From: a bacterium
Lineage (GTDB): Bacteria > UBA8248
NCBI GenBank assembly: GCA_965202625.1
Contig: CBDBBI010000010.1
Location: forward strand, 2,208,001 to 2,272,000
Length of the DNA stretch: 64,000 nt
Direction of reading: 5' to 3'
Positions 1 to 8,537 of this stretch are shown here, piece by piece. A model generated the notes under the pieces. It was not told the DNA's origin. It worked only from the letters and a program-made list of their open reading frames with translations, and made no database searches. Position numbers and translations under genes: made by a program. The first letter of the stretch is position 1. Every line of letters begins with the position of its first letter.

Positions 1-331
1 CGGGAGAATCGATTGAATTCGCGGCCCATGATCATCCGAGGGCAGACGAGGGGAGATTATCTATCATCTTCATAGCGTAGCCCTTATCCTCCGAGATAGA
101 GGATTTCACGATCTTCTCTGTTTTGGTCGTCCTTGGCCATCTATCTTTACCATACCCAACAAACGTAATCATTTCTCCGGGCGCGGAATGATACGGCTGC
201 ATGTCGTATTCCCAATTTGAGTATTTTCCACAAGAAAGCACGGTCGCAGCTCTTCATACACGTTTTGGTGCTTGTTTTGTTCATTCGAACCCCATTCCTG
301 GGATTGGAATTCGTTCTGGAGGCTGATTGTC

Positions 332-1093
332 CTAGGTCTTGAGGGCAGCCATATCTTCAATCAAACTATGCAGGCGGGCGGATACGGATTCAAAGTATTT
401 CCCCCCATTTTCCGCCGTTGCCGCCGTTGGAGTGCCTGACACGCCCGAGGGTGCTCGGTTTCTGTTGAAGTCCACGGGGTGGAAAAGCATTCCACGACGG
501 TGCATATCTTTTGTCATCAAAGGGTGCGTGTTTGCGTTGGGTTGATCCACGGCATCATCCATGTTCACTAGGTCAGGGCGAAGATGTAGCATCATAGCAG
601 TTTCAAATTCGCCGCTGTGCCCCATGCCGCCAACCTCGCTTTTTCTGACCGTCTGCGCGATTTCGTTTCCAAGGTGAAAGTAGGTGACCATCCAGATGGT
701 GATGTCGAGGTCATAGCCGATGTCGTTCAACGTCGCTTGAAGGGGTTGCGCGTTGCCGCCGTGGCCGTTCACGGTGAATATTTTTTTGTATCCATGGTGC
801 GCGACGGAACGGATGATGTCCTTGATGAGCGCGACGTAGGTTTCAAGTCTGAGTGAGATGGTTCCCGGATATTCAATATGATGGCAAGACGCGCCTGCCC
901 ACATGGTGGGGGTGAGGAGTACGTTCTCCAGGCCATCCACCGCCTTTTGGCAAACGCTCTCGCACAACAAGGTGTCCACCACGACGGGATTATGAGGCCC
1001 GTGTTGTTCCATTGAAGCGAAGGGGACGACGACCACGGCACCGGCTTGGACCATTTTCTTGTGTTCCGGCCAACTTAACTCTTCCCAAAGCAT
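332..1093 (-). CDS. Creatininase/creatinine amidohydrolase family protein
   Basis: Family motifs EQHGPH, VDT, HHIEYPGTISL, NGHGGN, GHSGEFET; ATG at 1093 preferred over the ORF-track start at 1117. Confidence 0.9.
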   Translation of the reverse strand: MLWEELSWPEHKKMVQAGAVVVVPFASMEQHGPHNPVVVDTLLCESVCQKAVDGLENVLLTPTMWAGASCHHIEYPGTISLRLETYVALIKDIIRSVAHHGYKKIFTVNGHGGNAQPLQATLNDIGYDLDITIWMVTYFHLGNEIAQTVRKSEVGGMGHSGEFETAMMLHLRPDLVNMDDAVDQPNANTHPLMTKDMHRRGMLFHPVDFNRNRAPSGVSGTPTAATAENGGKYFESVSARLHSLIEDMAALKT

Positions 1094-1499
1094 GGAGGTA
1101 TCCTTAAAATAAGGCAAGAAATATGGAAGGCGTTAAGACTCTCAGGTTTTTTCGTGCTCGGCAAGGACTCTCATATATCCAGGCTATGACGTGAAGGTTT
1201 TGGCGGGGTTTATCAGGGGGCCTCGGCGGATTTTGCTCTCCCCACTGATTGACAGGCGTGGAGTTGCGCGCGTCCCCTGTGGTATCCGTATCTTCGCTCA
1301 CGGTAGGGCGGGGCGTGGGCGTTCAAGGCGCGCATCCGGATCGGACGATGTGAGCCGGTGCGTTTCTCATTTTCGGGTGGCCCGAAAGCGAGAAAAAAGG
1401 CGCGGACGTTCACCTTGGCGAGCGCTTTAGGCGGGAGATGCTTTCTGGCTTGCCAGAGGTTTCGATTCATGGTCTTTTAAGGGGCGTGAAAGAGCACGA

Positions 1500-2015
1500 A
1501 TGGAGGAGAGGGAAGTGCATTCGGTGAAGCAGGAGGGGGAAGACCAGCGATGGATGGAAGAAGCGCTGGCATTGGCCAAAAGGGCTGAGAATGCGGGAGA
1601 TGTGCCCGTGGGTGCCCTTGTGGTTCGTGAAGGTCGAGTGCTGGGGCGCGGGTTCAATAGACGGGAGGCCGCTTGCGACCCCACGGCGCACGCCGAAGTC
1701 TTGGCGCTTAGAGAAGCGGCTGAGACCGACGGTATATGGCGCCTCGATGGCGCCACTTTGTATGTGACGCTTGAGCCGTGCCCCATGTGCGCGGGCGCCA
1801 TGATCAATTCGAGGATCGCCAGGCTCGTGTTTGGCGCCAAAGACCCCAAGGGCGGGGCCTGTGGCTCTTTGTTTGACATTCCCTCGGACCCGCGCGTGAA
1901 CCACCGCGTCCCCATAACCTCGGGGGTGATGGCTGAGGAGAGCGGCAAAATGCTGCGCGCTTTTTTTGAAGAGCGACGCCGCGTCGCTCGAGAGGCGAGG
2001 GGGGCCGTCCGCTGA
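1500..2015 (+). CDS. tadA: tRNA adenosine(34) deaminase
   Basis: VPVGA, PTAHAE, TLEPCPMC zinc motifs; sits directly upstream of a tRNA-Ser. Confidence 0.95.
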   Translation: MEEREVHSVKQEGEDQRWMEEALALAKRAENAGDVPVGALVVREGRVLGRGFNRREAACDPTAHAEVLALREAAETDGIWRLDGATLYVTLEPCPMCAGAMINSRIARLVFGAKDPKGGACGSLFDIPSDPRVNHRVPITSGVMAEESGKMLRAFFEERRRVAREARGAVR

Positions 2016-2028
2016 AGACGCCCGTCTG

Positions 2029-2120
2029 GGAGAGGTGGCCGAGTCCGGTTTAAGGCGGCAGACTCGAAATCTGTTGTGCAGGCGACTGTACCGGGGGTTC
2101 GAATCCCTCCCTCTCCGCCA
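2029..2120 (+). tRNA. tRNA-Ser (anticodon CGA)
   Basis: Acceptor GGAGAGG/CCTCTCC followed by G-CCA; anticodon arm GCAGA-CTCGAAA-TCTGT; long variable arm; GGTTCGAATCC T-arm. Confidence 0.97.
2090..2120 (+). repeat. attL-like 31-bp direct repeat (tRNA-Ser 3' end)
   Basis: ACCGGGGGTTCGAATCCCTCCCTCTCCGCCA, identical to 9830-9860. Confidence 0.95.
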
Positions 2121-2145
2121 ATAAATCCATAACTTAGATGCCAAT

Positions 2146-2475
2146 CGTCGGGGACGAGCTTCAACCCCTGGCGCCATCGCTCGACAACAGCGTCCTGGTG
2201 AGGAAGACGAAGTCGCAACGCCTGCCAAGGCCGCTCAAGCCGAAGCGATTCCATGGAACCGTGCAGATCGACGCCACGCGCGTTGGGACGCGGATGCGAG
2301 CAAGATCGCGGATGAGGTTATTGCGCACCTCTCCGGTCTCGTTGGCGCCAAAGTTACTGTGACCCTGGAGATCGACGCGGAGATCCCGTCGGGCGCACCC
2401 GACCAGGTCGTTCGCACGGTTACGGAGAACGGGCGGATCTTGAAGTTCACGAGCCAAGGCTTCGAGGAGGAATAG
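2146..2475 (+). pseudogene. C-terminal remnant of a DUF499-family ATPase
   Basis: Across a frameshift near 2288-2293 it reads KRFHGTVQIDATRVG/DASKIADEVIAHLSGLVGAKVTVTLEIDAEIPSGAPDQVVRTVTENGRILKFTSQGFEEE*, which I recognise as the DUF499 C-terminus; 5' limit approximate. Confidence 0.75.
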
Positions 2476-2539
2476 GCCGCATGTCGACATTTTGCTTTCT
2501 GAAATGCCGCCGGCAGGAGTTTCTGTGGAGCCAAGATCG

Positions 2540-2917
2540 ATGACGGACGATAGCCAACAAGCAGATCCCGCAACGCTGCCGAAATCGCTGCTAGACTTTG
2601 TCGTGGATTCGTGGCATTTCGGGCGCTTGTGCGACCGGTTGCTGCGGAAGCTGGACGCGGGCGAACAAGGAAGGTATCGAGGCCAGTTTCGTTGGTTTCA
2701 GAGAAAACTCGAGGACTCCCTCACGGACGCCGGGATGCGGATTGTCAACGTCGAAGGACACCCATTCGATATGGGGATGGCTGCGACACCCCTCAATATC
2801 AAGGAGTTTGGATCTGAGGACGCGCTGGTCGTCGATCAGATGCTCGAACCAATAATTATGGGCCCGGAGGGCGTAGTCCGATTAGGCACGGTCACGCTCA
2901 GGAAGGTGGAGTCATGA
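2540..2917 (+). CDS. GrpE-like protein (short, divergent)
   Basis: Helical N-half, then G-I-VEGHPFD...VVDQMLEPIIM..EGVVRLGTVTL resembling the GrpE beta-head; GGAG RBS at 2527; ATGA overlap with the Hsp70 gene. Confidence 0.65.
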   Translation: MTDDSQQADPATLPKSLLDFVVDSWHFGRLCDRLLRKLDAGEQGRYRGQFRWFQRKLEDSLTDAGMRIVNVEGHPFDMGMAATPLNIKEFGSEDALVVDQMLEPIIMGPEGVVRLGTVTLRKVES

Positions 2918-5412
2918 ATAACTATGTTGGTATTGACCTGGGTACGACGAACAGTGCGATCTGTTCATACGACGGCGACGAGACCCGTATCTGGAAAAGC
3001 CCCGAGCAGAACGATGTGACGCCATCGGTGATCTACATGGACCGGCGGGGAAACAAGTACGTAGGTAAACGGGCCTATGACTCGGCACCCCACAGCCCGG
3101 ACAACGCCGCAATGCTATTCAAACGCCTGATGGGCACGAGTACGCCCATTAAGCTATCAGCGGTCGATATCACAATGAGCCCAGAGGAATGTTCTTCCGA
3201 GATTCTTCGGGTGCTATATGGCTACCTACCGGAGGAACTTCGAAACGATTCGGACGTTGGGACCGTTATCACGGTGCCTGCCGCCTTCAATCAGATGCAG
3301 AAGAACGCCACGATGCAGGCGGCAGAGCTGGCCGGAATCGGCCGGGTCGCACTGATGCAAGAGCCCGTTGCGGCGGTGATGAGCGTCATGAAGGCGCGCA
3401 ATGCGGACGGCATCTTTGTTGTCTACGACCTTGGAGGCGGCACGCTTGACGTTGCGCTTGCAGAGAGCATTGGGGGGCGAATTAACCTTCTTGCGCATGG
3501 TGGCATAGCGATGTGCGGCGGAAGGGATTTCGACCGTTTTCTCCTCGATAGCGTCATCAAACCTTGGCTATTCAAGAATTTTGATCTCCCTGAAGATATT
3601 TCGACCGACTCGACCTATAAACCCTTGCTTCGATTGGCAGCTTGGGCAGCCGAACGCGCCAAGATTGAACTGTCGGCGCGCAAAGAGGCGATCATCAGTC
3701 TGTCCGAGACTGAGGCGCGCGTTCGAGACCAATCCAATCAGGAGATCTACATCGATATTCCGCTGGATCGGAGCGCCCTGGACGAATTGATCAATGAGAA
3801 GGTTGGCGAATCAATCGAGGCCGCACGGGAGGCGCTTGCCAAAGCTGGATGGAGTCCTCACGACGTCGAGCGGGTCGTTTTCGTTGGCGGTCCCACGAAC
3901 TACAAGCCGCTGCGAGACAAAGTGTCGTTCGAGCTTGGGATATCTGCGAGCACCGAAGTCAATCCGATGACGGCCGTTGCTGAAGGCGCTGCTCTTTTTG
4001 CCGAATCTATTGAGTGGGGTTCAGAGAATCGCAGTCGTAAGAGCAATCGCGGAAGGTTAGCATCGAGCGGACAACTCGATCTGTCCTTCAATTACACCGC
4101 ACGCACGCCGGATACTCGGGCGAAGATCGTCGTGCAGGTTGGCGGTCAGGTGATGCCAGGTGCGGAGTTCCAGGTGGACAGTCTGGATACTGGTTGGACC
4201 TCTGGCCGATTGCCGCTGAGCAATGGCGCCGCCGTCGACGTATCACTCTCGAAGAGCGGAGAAAACGGGTTCAAAGTCTTTGTTTTCGATGCGGCTGGCG
4301 GCCCGTTGCCGTTGACGCTCGAACAGGACAAGATTGCGATCACGAGGACTGCGGCTACGGTCGATGCTATCCCGGCCTCGCACTCCATAGGCATTGAAGT
4401 GCTGGAGAAGCTCGGTGGTACACCCACTATCGAATGGCTTGTCCGGGCGGGAGACCAGTTACCGAAGAAGGGAAAGCGAGTTTTCAAGGCGGGCGAGTCG
4501 TTGAAGGCCGGTAGCACTGGTGCGCTCAATTTCAAATTGCTTGAGGGCGAGAGCGACGTGCCAGCCGACAATCGCTTTATCGGGCTTCTAAAGATCACGG
4601 GCAGCGACTTCGACGATGGGGTGATCCCGGCCGGAGCGGACCTCCAGTGCGATTTCGAAATGCTTGATTCCGGAAACATAGTGCTCGAGGTGTCCGTTCC
4701 GAGCATCCGTGGAACGTTTCATTCCGGTCGGAACTTCTACTCGCGCCAAAAAGGCCAGATGGACTTCAGTAGCGAATCCGCGCGTATCAGTAAAGAGGGA
4801 GAACGGACACTTCAGCGCCTCGACGACATCGCCGAAGTCATAGACGACCCCAAACTCGAGCAGGCGCACAGGAAGCTGACTTTGGCATCACAACTCAATG
4901 CGGATGAGCCGGATACCGAGCGCGCCCAAGAAGCGATGGAGGGAGTCGTTGAAGTGCGTCGTCTGTTGGCGAAGTTGCGAAAAGAGAACCTTAAGAAGAT
5001 TCGGCCGATGGAGCTTGACAGTGCTACTGAATTCTTCAATGAGCACATTCGTAAATTCGCGCGCCCGAGCGAGAAAAACGCGTTCGATAATCTGGTGCGG
5101 ACCGCTCAGCGCGCTATTGAACGAAAAGACAAGGACTTTGAGAGCCATCTGGAGGAACTCAAACGCACGAACTTCGAAATCCTGTGGCGGCAAGACTGGT
5201 TCGTCGTGCGGAAGTTCCAGTGGATGGCTGATTCACCACACCACTTCTCTGACCCGGTTCGATTCAAGGAATTCGTTTCAATGGGCCTGAATTCACTCCA
5301 GGCTGACGATATTGACTCGCTGCGGCAGATCGTCGGGCGCCTTGAACATATCCGGATTGATACGGGAGCGGATACGGACATGCTCGACATCGCCAACATC
5401 ATCCGAGGCTAG
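2914..5412 (+). CDS. Divergent Hsp70-family protein (832 aa), not housekeeping DnaK
   Basis: GIDLGTTNS, TVPAAF, EPVAA, YDLGGGTLD, GGRDFD, AERAKIELS, VGG, NPMTAVAEGAA motifs; long atypical C-terminal half. Confidence 0.93.
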   Translation: MNNYVGIDLGTTNSAICSYDGDETRIWKSPEQNDVTPSVIYMDRRGNKYVGKRAYDSAPHSPDNAAMLFKRLMGTSTPIKLSAVDITMSPEECSSEILRVLYGYLPEELRNDSDVGTVITVPAAFNQMQKNATMQAAELAGIGRVALMQEPVAAVMSVMKARNADGIFVVYDLGGGTLDVALAESIGGRINLLAHGGIAMCGGRDFDRFLLDSVIKPWLFKNFDLPEDISTDSTYKPLLRLAAWAAERAKIELSARKEAIISLSETEARVRDQSNQEIYIDIPLDRSALDELINEKVGESIEAAREALAKAGWSPHDVERVVFVGGPTNYKPLRDKVSFELGISASTEVNPMTAVAEGAALFAESIEWGSENRSRKSNRGRLASSGQLDLSFNYTARTPDTRAKIVVQVGGQVMPGAEFQVDSLDTGWTSGRLPLSNGAAVDVSLSKSGENGFKVFVFDAAGGPLPLTLEQDKIAITRTAATVDAIPASHSIGIEVLEKLGGTPTIEWLVRAGDQLPKKGKRVFKAGESLKAGSTGALNFKLLEGESDVPADNRFIGLLKITGSDFDDGVIPAGADLQCDFEMLDSGNIVLEVSVPSIRGTFHSGRNFYSRQKGQMDFSSESARISKEGERTLQRLDDIAEVIDDPKLEQAHRKLTLASQLNADEPDTERAQEAMEGVVEVRRLLAKLRKENLKKIRPMELDSATEFFNEHIRKFARPSEKNAFDNLVRTAQRAIERKDKDFESHLEELKRTNFEILWRQDWFVVRKFQWMADSPHHFSDPVRFKEFVSMGLNSLQADDIDSLRQIVGRLEHIRIDTGADTDMLDIANIIRG

Positions 5413-5414
5413 CC

Positions 5415-6872
5415 ATGGCTCAAGAGCGCTGGTTTCCGGTAAAGCACGAGCTGTCAGGCCGGTCTAAGCTCGGTCGCCTTCTGCACTGCGGGGCGGACTG
5501 GCAGATCTACCGACTTGACCGTGAGAATTCGGTGTTGGTAGCGCGAAGCACTCTTGCCGACCGGTGGGTAGAAGCGGGTTTTTTGCCGGATACTGTTCTT
5601 GAGTTGTTCACGTTCGGCAAGGAGAGCTACAAGGCAATGGCGTCAGGGCCGGACCAGAGACTAGAGCCTGTCGCGGAAGGTGGTTCCCCGGACAGCAAAG
5701 CGGATGGGCTCTCTTTTGCGCTCAGTCTACGCGAAAGCCGAAAGATTGACGCCGAGGTTCCGCTGCATGACGCCGTATACGCGGAGCGCTACTCGCGGCT
5801 GCTCCCGACCTGGACCGTGTCGGAAGCAACCTCTGATGAGGAGGTTCTGGGACGATGGTTGACCGGCGGCGTATCCATTCCCGCGACCTCCTTTCGGCGC
5901 CTGTCCAGCCTGCTGGGGTGGCTTGACAAGAAGGACGTTCACGACCTCGTTGAGGCAGCAGGATTTTCGGCGCCGCTGGATTCAGGCGGGTCGCTGACGA
6001 AAGAGAGGCCGAAGCGCGGAAAAACAAAGCCTGAAAGCGAGAAGGCTGCAACGCCTCGGACGCTGACTGAAGGAGACTCAGGTGAGCGTCCGCAAATGCG
6101 ACAGTTCCAGCTTTCGGGGCGCCCGGACCTGGAGGCGTTCTTCAACGAGCACGTTATCGACATCATCGAAAACACGGAGCGGTACAAGGCGCTGGGGATC
6201 GAGTTCCCGACGGCCATCGTCTTGCACGGACCGCCGGGATGCGGAAAGACATTCGCTGTGGAGCGGCTCGTCGAGTATCTCGATTGGCCGATCTTTTATG
6301 TCGACTCTAACAGTGTCAGCAGTCCATACATTCACGAAACCAGCCGCAAGGTAAGCGAGGTGTTCGATAAGGCAATGGACGCATCCCCATCGATGATCGT
6401 GATCGATGAAATGGAGTCATACCTGTCGGACCGGCAAATCCATGAATCTACCGGCCTTCACCACGTCGAAGAAGTTGCCGAGTTCCTTCGCCGTATTCCG
6501 GAGGCGAACAAGCGCGGCGTCCTAGTGATTGGCATGACCAATCGGCTAGAGATGATCGACTCGGCCATTCTTCGACGTGGTCGATTTGACCATATTGTTG
6601 AGGTGGGCATGCCATCCGCCACTGAAGTTTCGAGCTTGATTGACTCACTGCTGGTCAAGGTTCCGGTAGAAGGCGCAATTGACACCAAGGATGTGGTGGA
6701 GGCATTGACCGGTAGGGCGTTATCGGACACTGTGTTCGTTGTGCGGGAGGCCGCGCGGCTCGCGGCGCGCGCCGGGAAGAACGCTCTGGACGACGAGTTT
6801 TTGCGGGCAGCGCTCGCGAGTCTTCCCCCGGCCGAGCCGAAGAAGCGATCGATCGGTTTCATTCAGGATTAG
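5415..6872 (+). CDS. AAA+ ATPase (classical AAA clade) with an uncharacterised N-terminal domain
   Basis: Walker A GPPGCGKT, Walker B IVIDEME, SRH TNRLEMIDSAILRRGRFD, C-terminal RSIGF. Confidence 0.92.
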   Translation: MAQERWFPVKHELSGRSKLGRLLHCGADWQIYRLDRENSVLVARSTLADRWVEAGFLPDTVLELFTFGKESYKAMASGPDQRLEPVAEGGSPDSKADGLSFALSLRESRKIDAEVPLHDAVYAERYSRLLPTWTVSEATSDEEVLGRWLTGGVSIPATSFRRLSSLLGWLDKKDVHDLVEAAGFSAPLDSGGSLTKERPKRGKTKPESEKAATPRTLTEGDSGERPQMRQFQLSGRPDLEAFFNEHVIDIIENTERYKALGIEFPTAIVLHGPPGCGKTFAVERLVEYLDWPIFYVDSNSVSSPYIHETSRKVSEVFDKAMDASPSMIVIDEMESYLSDRQIHESTGLHHVEEVAEFLRRIPEANKRGVLVIGMTNRLEMIDSAILRRGRFDHIVEVGMPSATEVSSLIDSLLVKVPVEGAIDTKDVVEALTGRALSDTVFVVREAARLAARAGKNALDDEFLRAALASLPPAEPKKRSIGFIQD

Positions 6873-6875
6873 GCC

Positions 6876-8537
6876 GTGGAGCTGCTAAAGAATCCATTTT
6901 TCGTCCTTGGTGCCACGATGCGAGATGACCGGCGCCGCATCATGGAACTGGCCGAAGAGAAAAGTCTGCTCTCTGACGAGAGCTCGGTTCGTGATGCCAG
7001 AGCGACCCTTACTAATCCGAGAAGGCGCCTCGCAGCAGAGGTGGGTTGGCTGCCGGGGCTCGGCCCGAAGCGAATTACAGAGACGTTGTTTGTTCTAGAA
7101 AAAGACCCTATCAAGGTCCGCACTCAGGGAAATTTGCCGGCCCTCGCACTTGCCAATCTTTTAGCTGATGGCTTGGTGCGCGCCGCTGCGAAGCTGCCAC
7201 TCGACGAGGTTGCGAAATGGATCGTTCAACTTGCCGAGGCCGAGGCGTATGACGACCTCGAAATCGAGCTAACGGTCATGTTGTTGAACAAGGAACGTTC
7301 GGTGGCTGGCTTCCCCGATATTTCAGATCTCCAGAATGTAGAGGAAGAGCTTCGGGCTCGGCGCCGGTACTACTGCCAGGCGATAAAGGATGCTCTCGAC
7401 CAGTTGCCTGCTACATCTCTCGTGGAGGTCGTAACACGGGCGGTTGATCAGGCGACCGCCAACGGCTCAAAGCACGCTCCGATTCTGATTGACGATTTGG
7501 CGGATAGTTTTGCACTTGAGGCCCAGGGTTTTCTTGAAATGGAGACGAAGAATATCGCGGGGCTTGTGCAGGGAGTACGAAGCGCGGCCGAGGGCGAGAA
7601 AGGCGAGAGATATATCGGTGGCCTTGTCGGACAGCTAGAAAAAGTGCTCAAGAACTGGGACACGGTGGTTCAGCCGATCCAAGTGAGTGCCCAGAGCCGG
7701 GGCATGAGGCACGATCCCAGCCATGAGGTTGCGCGCGAGATTAGAAGTCTCGCGGTGGACCTGTTCAACGAGCATGGCCTCCTCGATCTTTCCAAGCGAC
7801 TAACGGCACTCCAGCAGGAGGTGTTTGCCGAGGTTGACAGGGTAGTGGAACAGTTGGAGAAGGATGCCTCCGCGCTGGATGAGATTGCCGAGCAGAGGAG
7901 TCAGTTTCTCGCAGACATGGAGACTCGAGCTGAGTCCTGGAAACGCGAAGTCACCTACGAAGCCGACGTTGGTGTGATGTTCAAGGATAAGCTGCGTATC
8001 TCACCGGCCGGGGTCCTGTGGAAAGGAACGAAGATTCCACTGGAAGATATCAATCGAGTGAGATGGGGCGGTACCCGGCATTCCGTCAACGGTATTCCAA
8101 CTGGTACGACGTACAACATCTTCGTTGGCGCCGCGAGGGGCGGGACCACTATCAATCTGAGAAAAGAGCATATCTACTCGGAGTTTGTAGGCCGCCTCTG
8201 GAAGACGGCGGGTGTGCGCCTCCTAACGGAGATGCTCGAGGGGCTGAAGGCCGGCAAGCGATATAGGTTCGGAACAGCCGTCATTACTGATGATGGTGTT
8301 GAGCTGGAAAGGCGCCATCTCTTCGCAGCCAATGAACGGGTTCTCTGCCCGTGGACGGAACTGGTCATCGGCAACAGAGGCGGTACGTTCTACATCGCCA
8401 AGAAGGATGAGAAGAAGGTAGCGGTCGAGTTGCCTTATCAGGATATGGACAACGTCCACATCCTCGAGGCTGCGATGCGCGTTTTCTGGAAGAACGCCAG
8501 CCCCAGGCTGAGCGATCTGCTAAACAAGACGCACTAA
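6876..8537 (+). CDS. Hypothetical protein: N-terminal J-domain-like region (no HPD), helical core, C-terminal PH-like beta domains
   Basis: NPFFVLG...I and ARATLTNPRRR resemble J-domain helices I/II and III/IV; GTG start 3 nt after the AAA stop. Confidence 0.65.
   Translation: MELLKNPFFVLGATMRDDRRRIMELAEEKSLLSDESSVRDARATLTNPRRRLAAEVGWLPGLGPKRITETLFVLEKDPIKVRTQGNLPALALANLLADGLVRAAAKLPLDEVAKWIVQLAEAEAYDDLEIELTVMLLNKERSVAGFPDISDLQNVEEELRARRRYYCQAIKDALDQLPATSLVEVVTRAVDQATANGSKHAPILIDDLADSFALEAQGFLEMETKNIAGLVQGVRSAAEGEKGERYIGGLVGQLEKVLKNWDTVVQPIQVSAQSRGMRHDPSHEVAREIRSLAVDLFNEHGLLDLSKRLTALQQEVFAEVDRVVEQLEKDASALDEIAEQRSQFLADMETRAESWKREVTYEADVGVMFKDKLRISPAGVLWKGTKIPLEDINRVRWGGTRHSVNGIPTGTTYNIFVGAARGGTTINLRKEHIYSEFVGRLWKTAGVRLLTEMLEGLKAGKRYRFGTAVITDDGVELERRHLFAANERVLCPWTELVIGNRGGTFYIAKKDEKKVAVELPYQDMDNVHILEAAMRVFWKNASPRLSDLLNKTH

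Noticed and set aside
1-330. Coding region downstream of the creatininase gene
   Set aside because: Only short ORFs in different frames with no recognisable family; possibly a decayed gene but unsupported
1104-1499. Structured ncRNA (SRP/6S) upstream of tadA
   Set aside because: No SRP GGAA-loop motif or other convincing conserved structure seen
1427-2254. Long minus-strand ORFs (275 and 253 aa)
   Set aside because: Overlap tadA and tRNA-Ser in antisense; shadows
2914-5412. Calling this gene dnaK
   Set aside because: Lacks the DnaK linker and typical substrate-binding signature, is much longer, and lies in an island
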